Below are positions 26,244 through 32,000 of a DNA stretch of 32,000 bases, in pieces. The translations under genes and the position numbers were made by a program. Under the pieces are notes generated by a model. That model saw only the letters and a program-made list of their open reading frames with translations. It was not told the origin of the DNA and did no database searches. Each line of letters starts with the position of its first letter. Position 1 is the first letter of the stretch. This DNA comes from Candidatus Scalindua sp. (lineage in GTDB: Bacteria > Planctomycetota > Brocadiia > Brocadiales > Scalinduaceae): contig JALDRA010000001.1 in NCBI GenBank assembly GCA_031316235.1, positions 3,570,001 to 3,602,000 on the forward strand, written 5' to 3'.

Positions 26244-27824
26244 ATGAACAGAACACTTTTGATTGTCGTTTGTGATTTTTTAATTATCAGCATCCTGTCA
26301 TTAGGAAATTACTCGGATTTTTTGTCCGGAAGAAATCAGGGGGTGGCTGGAAATGGGGGGGAGACCGTTCAGTCAGATATTCTTGACTCACTGGCGACAA
26401 CACTTGAGATTGAAAAGGATATGTACGCAAAACTGCAGGCATCTATTGAGGAAAAAGAAGAGGAGTTACAGAAAGAGAGCGGTATAAAAAGAGAGATTGA
26501 GGAAGAGCTGAAAGAGTTGCACAAAGAGAGTGCACAACTGGACAAACTCCTTCATATGGAAAAGGGAGAACTAGCAAAAATGGCCTCACACATGGATGCT
26601 ATAGAGGCCGAACTATCTGAAAAAAACAGGTTGAATACGTTGCTGAAGGGACAATTTGAACGGGAGCAGGAGAAGTCGGAGACCATTGAAAAAAGTCTCA
26701 AGGAAAAAACACAGAGACTTGAAATCGCGCAGGCAGAATTGCATACAGCCTTGCATAGTATAGAGTCCTTAAGCAGTGAGATGGCGGGTTCAAAAGAGTA
26801 TTTCAAGAGATTGGAAAAGCAGGCAACAGAACAGATGGAGAATCTTTCTCAAGTTCAGACTGCTTATTCCGTCATGCAGGAGCAATTGAAAACTCGCTCT
26901 CAGGAAAGAGATGAACTGGCGTACCAGAAACGGAGATTGGAGCAGCAGGCACGTGATATGGAAAAGGAGATCGATGAGAAGAATGAAGACTTGGCAAAAG
27001 CCAGGGAACATTCACTTCTCCAGGAGTTGGCAAAGAATAAAGAGCTGGCGGAACGGGAGAAGACCCTGGCGGTTCAGGAAAAACAGATTGAGACAATGGA
27101 ATTACAGCTTCTGAACTACTCAAACAACGAACTGTTTCAACGGTTTTTAGACAGGAGATGTGAAATTACCCTTGAAGCGGAGGCGAAAGGCCTTTTCTCA
27201 CCGGTTGCTTATCTCAATAAAATGGAGGCGGTTCTCGTAAATACGCCAGACCAAACCGGACTTCTGATACATTATAAGGATTCTCCCCTCAACTGGTCCA
27301 ATTTCAAAAGAGACCTGGAAACTTTTTCGCTTGATATTCTGCTCAAAGGTCAGAGTGCCCGGACTTCATTATCTTCTCTCTGCGCTTTAGAGGCAGACCC
27401 TCGAATCCTGTTATTAAAACTAACTAATCCGATTCCCGTACCTGATGTTTTGTTTGAAATAGAGACAGAAATTTTCCGATTCGACGACGCGCTTTTGATT
27501 CGAGGGAATGAGGGGAAGTATGGTACATTTAAAATGAAGCTTATCCATGGCAGGCCCAATTACTTCCAGGTGCCCTCTTCTCTTAAGACCAGGCTTTTTG
27601 GCTCATTTTCACCAAGGCCCGGTGATCTGGTCTTCAGCCGCAACGGGAAGTTGCTGGGAATCATGGTCTCAACAAGAGAGGCCCTGAGGCTCAGCAGCCT
27701 TAGCTGTGTTGAAACATTTCGAACTGGAAAACCACAAGATCAGGTAACCCATCAAGAGACATACCAGAAATGGGAAAACAGGTTGAATTCTGATGCTTTC
27801 TCATTACCCGAAGAGAGTAATTAA
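26244..27824 (+). CDS. Single-pass membrane protein: TM helix with buried Asp, ~250-aa coiled coil, C-terminal degenerate trypsin-like beta-barrel
   Basis: 526 aa starting 3 nt after the upstream stop. The N-terminus is MNRTLLIVVCDFLIISILSL. Residues ~45-295 are heptad-rich and E/K/Q/L-dominated. The C-terminus contains DPRILLLKLTNPIP and RPGDLVFSRNGKLLGIMVS, which resemble the Asp and Ser-region motifs of S1/DegP-type proteases, but with no Ser. Confidence 0.55.
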   Translation: MNRTLLIVVCDFLIISILSLGNYSDFLSGRNQGVAGNGGETVQSDILDSLATTLEIEKDMYAKLQASIEEKEEELQKESGIKREIEEELKELHKESAQLDKLLHMEKGELAKMASHMDAIEAELSEKNRLNTLLKGQFEREQEKSETIEKSLKEKTQRLEIAQAELHTALHSIESLSSEMAGSKEYFKRLEKQATEQMENLSQVQTAYSVMQEQLKTRSQERDELAYQKRRLEQQARDMEKEIDEKNEDLAKAREHSLLQELAKNKELAEREKTLAVQEKQIETMELQLLNYSNNELFQRFLDRRCEITLEAEAKGLFSPVAYLNKMEAVLVNTPDQTGLLIHYKDSPLNWSNFKRDLETFSLDILLKGQSARTSLSSLCALEADPRILLLKLTNPIPVPDVLFEIETEIFRFDDALLIRGNEGKYGTFKMKLIHGRPNYFQVPSSLKTRLFGSFSPRPGDLVFSRNGKLLGIMVSTREALRLSSLSCVETFRTGKPQDQVTHQETYQKWENRLNSDAFSLPEESN

Positions 27825-27926
27825 TGGTGGTTGAGGCCAAACTTTCATCTACTGTGTTACGGTAATAATTTTGTAATCCTCTCGTTCGGTATATAGTACG
27901 TTCAGGTTTCCGAATTTATCAGGCGT

Positions 27927-27958
27927 CCTGTGTCTGAACAGTTTTTGTTCAGACAGGG
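27927..27958 (+). terminator. Candidate intrinsic terminator or stable hairpin downstream of the 24765-27824 pair
   Basis: A perfect 10-bp stem tgtctgaaca (27931-27940) / tgttcagaca (27946-27955) closes a 5-nt loop. Flanking CC/GG pairs extend it. It is followed by only a short T tract (gggtttccgtt). Confidence 0.35.
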
Positions 27959-28054
27959 TTTCCGTTCAAGCACTGATGTGATGAGGGATTTCAATATCCG
28001 GCACACTTCGACTCCCGGCCCGAACATGCGGAATTGAGGAACCTGGCTTGACAG

Positions 28055-28167
28055 TATACTAAAACCGATTTGATTTTCGGTTTTACCGGAAACCAAATCT
28101 TGGTTGCAGTCATACTCGCGCAAATTTATCTCGGATTTTATCCGAAAACCATTATGAGATGAGTATA
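28055..28167 (-). repeat. Full-length (113-bp) copy of the MITE-like repeat, inverted orientation
   Basis: The reverse complement reads tatactcatctcataatggttttcggataaaatccgagataaatttgcgcgagtatgactgcaaccaagatttggtttccggtaaaaccgaaaatcaaatcggttttagtata. Confidence 0.9.
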
Positions 28168-28272
28168 TCATGTTCAAACTAAACGAAGAATATGGTTTTC
28201 GTGCTCAGGGATCAGGTGGATAATGATAACGAAATTGTGCTGAAATCTTTTTCCTGCTTTCCTGAGTCCAAG

Positions 28273-29790
28273 TCAGGCCGTATGTTTCAACCTCAGGCCC
28301 TTTGGCACAAGGAACCTCTCCATGATCTCAAAACAACCTTGTACGATAAGGGCAAGTACTGCTGCCGGAACTGCCCCCTGAAGGATAAGAGACATATTAT
28401 CCAGCCTGATACCGGTAAGGATCAGTTGTCCATAACCACCAGCACCGATAAGCGCACCCAATGTTGCGGTTCCAACGTTAATGACAGCGGAAGTCTTGAT
28501 GCCTGCCAGAATAGAGCGTGACACTATTGGCAACTCGACCAATCTGAGCCTTGCTCCCGGCGGGAGTCCAAGCGCTTCTGCAGACTCCCGTATCTGTGGA
28601 CGAATATCATGAATGCCTGTATAGGTATTCCTTACAATTGGTAAGAGACTGTAGAGAAAAAGCGCCGCAATTGCCGGAGGCCCGCCAATACCCAGTAACG
28701 GAATCATGAAAACAAGAAGGGCTATTGAGGGAATGGTCTGGATGACACCAACTATGCCCAGGATAACCTGTCCCAATTTCGGTCTCTTTGCCGAAAGGAT
28801 ACCCAGCGGTATTGAGATCAGGATAGCGGCTGATAATGAGATTGCGACCAGATAAAGATGTTCTCCTGTATGATGGAACAGACGGCCAATAGCGCTCTCT
28901 TCAATAAAACCGGTCTCCAGAGAGAGACTTTCGGACAGAAAGTCAGAGGCTATCCGGGTTTCCGGTACCATTTCCAGGTTTGCACGGGAATTCATTTTGA
29001 TCATTTCCGATTCAGAAATTCTACTCTCAAGCTTTTTGAGAACAGCTACTACATGAGGAGCATGTTCTTCCAAATCTGACCGATACAGGATTACGGCATT
29101 GTACACGGGAAAATGATCCAGATCGTCCTCCAGTATCCGCAGATTATAATACCGGATCTTGGCGTCGGTTGAATAGATATCAATCGCGTCAATAGTGCCT
29201 TTGTTGAGACCCCGATAGGCAAGATCATGATCCAGGCCTCGTACATCCTGCTGAGGTAAATTGTAATTTTTACGCAGGATTCGCCAGCCGTCTCCCCGAT
29301 CCATGAACTCATTACCGAAACCGAATTTTAAATCAGGATGGTGGCGCAGGTCTGAGATTTTCTGAATTTTCAACTTTTCCGCAACTTCCTCTTTCATACC
29401 AATGGCGTAGGTATTGGTAAAACCCAATGTCTTTGTCATCTTAATACCATGATTACTCAGGGCCTGCCGGATCTCCTCACCACTCTGAACTCCCTCATCC
29501 GCCAGGATTTCCTCGCTGATTGTGCCTGTATATTCAGGGTAAATATCAATCTCACCTTTTATTAAGGCATTCCACAGTACACGTGTACCTCCCAGTTCCC
29601 GCTTATAAACAGGCTGTGCCCCGGTACTCTTTATCAGATGAGTCACTATCTCACCCAGAATTACAGATTCAGTAAACTTCTTAGAGCCAATCCTGATCTC
29701 CGGTGGTGCACTCTGTACAACAGGAGGAAAGAAATGTGCAATGAAAATATTGCATGCAAACACGTATATGGTAAAAAGATATGTTTTCAC
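28273..29790 (-). CDS. Fused substrate-binding / permease subunit of a glycine betaine/choline/carnitine-type (OpuC/OpuB-like) ABC transporter
   Basis: 505 aa with a GTG start overlapping the upstream stop (GTGA). The N-terminal signal plus OpuAC-type binding domain reads IRIGSKKFTESVILGEI...YPEYTG. The C-terminal permease has the EAA-like loop ESAEALGLPPGARLRLVELP. Confidence 0.88.
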   Translation of the reverse strand: MKTYLFTIYVFACNIFIAHFFPPVVQSAPPEIRIGSKKFTESVILGEIVTHLIKSTGAQPVYKRELGGTRVLWNALIKGEIDIYPEYTGTISEEILADEGVQSGEEIRQALSNHGIKMTKTLGFTNTYAIGMKEEVAEKLKIQKISDLRHHPDLKFGFGNEFMDRGDGWRILRKNYNLPQQDVRGLDHDLAYRGLNKGTIDAIDIYSTDAKIRYYNLRILEDDLDHFPVYNAVILYRSDLEEHAPHVVAVLKKLESRISESEMIKMNSRANLEMVPETRIASDFLSESLSLETGFIEESAIGRLFHHTGEHLYLVAISLSAAILISIPLGILSAKRPKLGQVILGIVGVIQTIPSIALLVFMIPLLGIGGPPAIAALFLYSLLPIVRNTYTGIHDIRPQIRESAEALGLPPGARLRLVELPIVSRSILAGIKTSAVINVGTATLGALIGAGGYGQLILTGIRLDNMSLILQGAVPAAVLALIVQGCFEIMERFLVPKGLRLKHTA

Positions 29791-30539
29791 CCGGAATCCT
29801 TCCTCGTGCCGTCTAATGACCTCCTCTGGGCATTGATGAAGCAGGTAACAAACGGATCAGCCGGTGAGTGTATGAGCTCTTCCAGTGTGCCCTGCTGCAG
29901 AACCCTTCCATCCCTCAGCAGAGTAATACTATCCCCGAAGAAACCGGCTTCCGCTATATCGTGGGTTACCAGGACAACTGTTTTGCCAAGTGTCTGGAAG
30001 ATCATTTTCAGATCCACCTGAAGATCGGCCCTTATCATCGGATCAAGGGCACCGAGGGGTTCATCCAGAAGGAGCACGTCCGGGTCTAACATGAGGGCAC
30101 GCATCAGGCTTACCCGCTGTTGCTGACCACCTGAAAGCTGCACGGGGAAACGTCCAAGACCTTCAGATGGAAAATGCGTCAATTCGGTTAACTCATCCAG
30201 GCGTTCTTTAATCCGTTCAACACTCCAGCCCAGATAGCGTGCCATCAGTGTCACGTTGCCATACGCGGTCAGATGAGGGAAAAGGCCTCCCTCCTGGATA
30301 ACATAACCCATCTTTCGCCTTAAAGAGATTACAGCATCAGGAGTGACCATGGTTCCTTCGACAGAAACAGATCCACTGTCTGCCTCTATAAGGCCGATGA
30401 TGAGACGGAGTATAGTTGATTTTCCACAGCCGCTCTGGCCGATGAACACCGTTGTCCGACCGGTTGGAATGGTTAAATCGATGGATTTAAGTGCCCTGGT
30501 TTTACCATAGATTTTGGAAACATCCTGCATTTTAATCAC
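29787..30539 (-). CDS. ABC transporter ATP-binding subunit (OpuCA/ProV-like, no CBS domains)
   Basis: 250 aa. Motifs are Walker A GQSGCGKST, signature LSGGQQQRV, Walker B LLLDEP and H-loop VTHD. The GTG start has AGGA ~8 nt upstream. Confidence 0.92.
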   Translation of the reverse strand: MIKMQDVSKIYGKTRALKSIDLTIPTGRTTVFIGQSGCGKSTILRLIIGLIEADSGSVSVEGTMVTPDAVISLRRKMGYVIQEGGLFPHLTAYGNVTLMARYLGWSVERIKERLDELTELTHFPSEGLGRFPVQLSGGQQQRVSLMRALMLDPDVLLLDEPLGALDPMIRADLQVDLKMIFQTLGKTVVLVTHDIAEAGFFGDSITLLRDGRVLQQGTLEELIHSPADPFVTCFINAQRRSLDGTRKDSG

Positions 30540-30562
30540 GTCAGAATCCTTTTTTTATTGGT

Positions 30563-30674
30563 TATACTCATCTCATAATGGTTTTCGGATAAAATCCGAG
30601 ATAAAATTGAGCGAGTATACCTTCACCAAGATTTGGTTTCCAGAAAAACCGAAAACCAAATCGGTTTTAGTATA
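30563..30674 (+). repeat. Full-length (112-bp) copy of the MITE-like repeat
   Basis: tatactcatctcataatggttttcggataaaatccgagataaaattgagcgagtataccttcaccaagatttggtttccagaaaaaccgaaaaccaaatcggttttagtata lies 24 nt upstream of the ABC ATPase start. Confidence 0.9.
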
Positions 30675-30680
30675 GTACTC

Positions 30681-30960
30681 CCACCTGAACCAGATAGTCG
30701 GGCCAGACCTGGATAGATTCATCAGGGCGGCCGGGTACCTAGAATGGCGCTGAGCAACAACAGGGAAGTAGTTGCCCGCCTCGACTACCTGAAGTCCGGC
30801 CCGGGGAAGGGGATGGTAGCTGTTTTGAAAGAGATGCACCTTTCTGCGTGCAGAAGCAGAGGCAGCCAGGTTGCGCTAAACTCGACCTGCATCATACCTG
30901 CGTTCTTTGGATGTAAGTTACTTCCGCCTTATAATGCGGGCGGCGTTTGTCTTTTGAATT
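30681..30960. other. GC-rich (~54% by hand count) unannotated intergenic patch: candidate structured RNA or gene remnant
   Basis: My hand count gives 152 G+C in 280 nt, against clearly AT-richer flanks. The patch has many short GC stems. A small GC hairpin (CCGCC 30924-30928 / GGCGG 30939-30943) followed by tttgtcttttg lies on the + strand. I could not assign a known RNA family. Confidence 0.25.
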
Positions 30961-30961
30961 A

Positions 30962-31762
30962 TTAAATACTCTCTTTTCTCAAAATTTCCCCGATCTTCCG
31001 GTAAATGGCTTGTGCGGTATTCGGGGTTATCTGAGCATTTATGGTAATTGCCGGGAACATCCCGATGCCACGTTCTCTGGCATGTTGCCGGTCTTTGGCA
31101 ATCTGGGCATCAACATCGAATAAGTTGATAGATGCCTGTGTTTGTTTCTGAGTTTGACCATTTCTGGCAGCGAGTTGAATGAGTGTATCCCAATTCCAGG
31201 GGCCCTGATGGTTGATCAGGGTTTCTTGTATGATGCTGTATTTTCCATCCAACCGGGCAGACTCAACGAGTTTAAGTGCACGGAGAGCTTCCCGTGTCAA
31301 ACCCGGTGCTCTGAGAATAACCCGAAACTGATGAAGCTCTTTAGAGACCTTTTTGACCATTTGCCATATTTGCGGTAAATGTGGATCTGTATAGTCGGCA
31401 AAGACATCTATGATGATCGGACTATTCAGGTCCATGATAATCTCATGCGGTTTTTTTCCTGCTTCAAGGCTTTCCAGGACATAGGAAATCTCATTTTTCC
31501 CGGCACTGCATCCAAAACAGGCTGGTGAATTGAGACTTCCCGGTAAAAATCTTCCACACCGGCATGGGCAAGAACGCTCAGCCAGGATTTCATCTGCCAT
31601 TTTCATGATTTCTTGAAGATCATCTTCGACTGTTTCCGCTTCACACGCACGAAAACTAGAATATAATCCGAAAATTCCAGAAATAAGTATGGTAAAACAG
31701 ATAAAAGATAAAAACCTGCTGACAATTTCTCTCTCTTCTGCACAATTTTTTCTACTCAGCAT
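30962..31762 (-). CDS. Membrane-anchored DsbA-like thioredoxin-fold protein lacking the CxxC active site, with Cys-rich N-terminal module
   Basis: 266 aa. The TM anchor is FLSFICFTILISGIFGLYS. The Cys-rich segment is CPCRCGRFLPGSLNSPACFGCS. The DsbA-like body has DVFADYTDPHLPQIW where the family has DY-x-CP-x-C, and a C-terminal GIGMFPAITINAQ resembling the G-x-P-T-x-x-x-N-G motif. Confidence 0.6.
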   Translation of the reverse strand: MLSRKNCAEEREIVSRFLSFICFTILISGIFGLYSSFRACEAETVEDDLQEIMKMADEILAERSCPCRCGRFLPGSLNSPACFGCSAGKNEISYVLESLEAGKKPHEIIMDLNSPIIIDVFADYTDPHLPQIWQMVKKVSKELHQFRVILRAPGLTREALRALKLVESARLDGKYSIIQETLINHQGPWNWDTLIQLAARNGQTQKQTQASINLFDVDAQIAKDRQHARERGIGMFPAITINAQITPNTAQAIYRKIGEILRKESI

Positions 31763-32000
31763 CTTTTCATGACCTAATAATGATGATAAATTGCAATATA
31801 AAGTTTTTTTACCCTGAACTCAGAGGTTTGGTAAACCTGAGCCTCAGGGTTTGCTCCTCTTCTCACATTCGTCCATAACGTTAATGTGAGGGCGGTACAT
31901 GGTAATACAGAAAGTATCATATCATATGATTGCATCCATTTAAAACCTATTTTGATTCTGTCAATCAACGATGTGCTGTAAGATGTCACCAAAGCCAATC

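Noticed and set aside
27902-28177. ORFs that read through MITE copies (27902-28177, 30573-30839, 1194-1379, 17417-17659, 21011-21267).
   Set aside because: Large parts of their sequence are encoded by the repeat itself. The same peptide fragments recur wherever the repeat occurs, and there is no SD or motif support.
1189-30674. Whether the recurring ~112-bp repeat could be a CRISPR array.
   Set aside because: The copies are 112 bp, which is far too long. They are kilobases apart, in both orientations, separated by genes, and have terminal inverted repeats. There are no cas genes.
30681-30960. Assignment of the GC-rich patch to RNase P RNA, SRP RNA, tmRNA, 6S RNA or a cobalamin, glycine or Mn riboswitch.
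   Set aside because: Only fragments resemble conserved strands (gaagtccgg, gaagcag..gcagcc, gggaagtag). The partner strands and loop motifs required for each family are absent. The region is kept only as an unassigned candidate.
31774-31998. A 74-aa minus-strand ORF at the window edge.
   Set aside because: It has no SD, no motifs and an odd composition, and it is truncated by the window. There is not enough evidence to call it a gene.

Overview
AT-rich bacterial chromosomal window (roughly 40% GC by eye, not computed) with about 23 credible protein genes. The backbone is housekeeping or regulatory. It holds a J-domain protein, a PocR-type sigma-54 activator, an AsmA-like envelope protein, ftsH, scpB and a single-polypeptide pyruvate:ferredoxin oxidoreductase. 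It also holds an ECF sigma / anti-sigma / lipoprotein trio and an OpuC-type compatible-solute ABC transporter. Non-coding repeats are unusually dense. There is a ~112-bp Correia-like MITE (TATACT...AGTATA) with 4 full, 1 internally deleted and 2 partial copies, mostly at operon boundaries. There is also a 174-bp near-perfect palindromic element, a more degenerate ~95-nt intergenic repeat family, and one ~2.0-kb IS with an IS4/IS5-type DDE transposase. The best candidate for an undescribed system is the translationally coupled gene pair 24765-27824. The first protein ends in a MotA/ExbB/TolQ-like three-helix channel module. The second starts with an ExbD/TolR/MotB-like transmembrane helix carrying a buried Asp, followed by a ~250-residue coiled coil and a degenerate trypsin-like barrel. 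This stator-like architecture matches none of the named 5:2 motor families, and the pair is bracketed by inverted MITE copies. Secondary leads are listed below.
- A convergent membrane-lipid or glycan-modification cluster at 18307-23671 (DUF2064, DUF3108, flippase-like protein, B12-radical SAM, TIM-barrel isomerase).
- A probable homopolymer frameshift at the 5' end of the TIM-barrel gene.
- A 280-bp GC-rich unannotated intergenic patch at 30681-30960.
- A small hydrophobic peptide gene overlapped by a consensus antisense promoter.
No rRNA, tRNA or CRISPR was seen. The source organism cannot be established from the sequence. The gene content (PFOR, B12-rSAM, PocR-bEBP) suggests an anaerobe. 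A Planctomycetota/anammox-like origin is only a guess.
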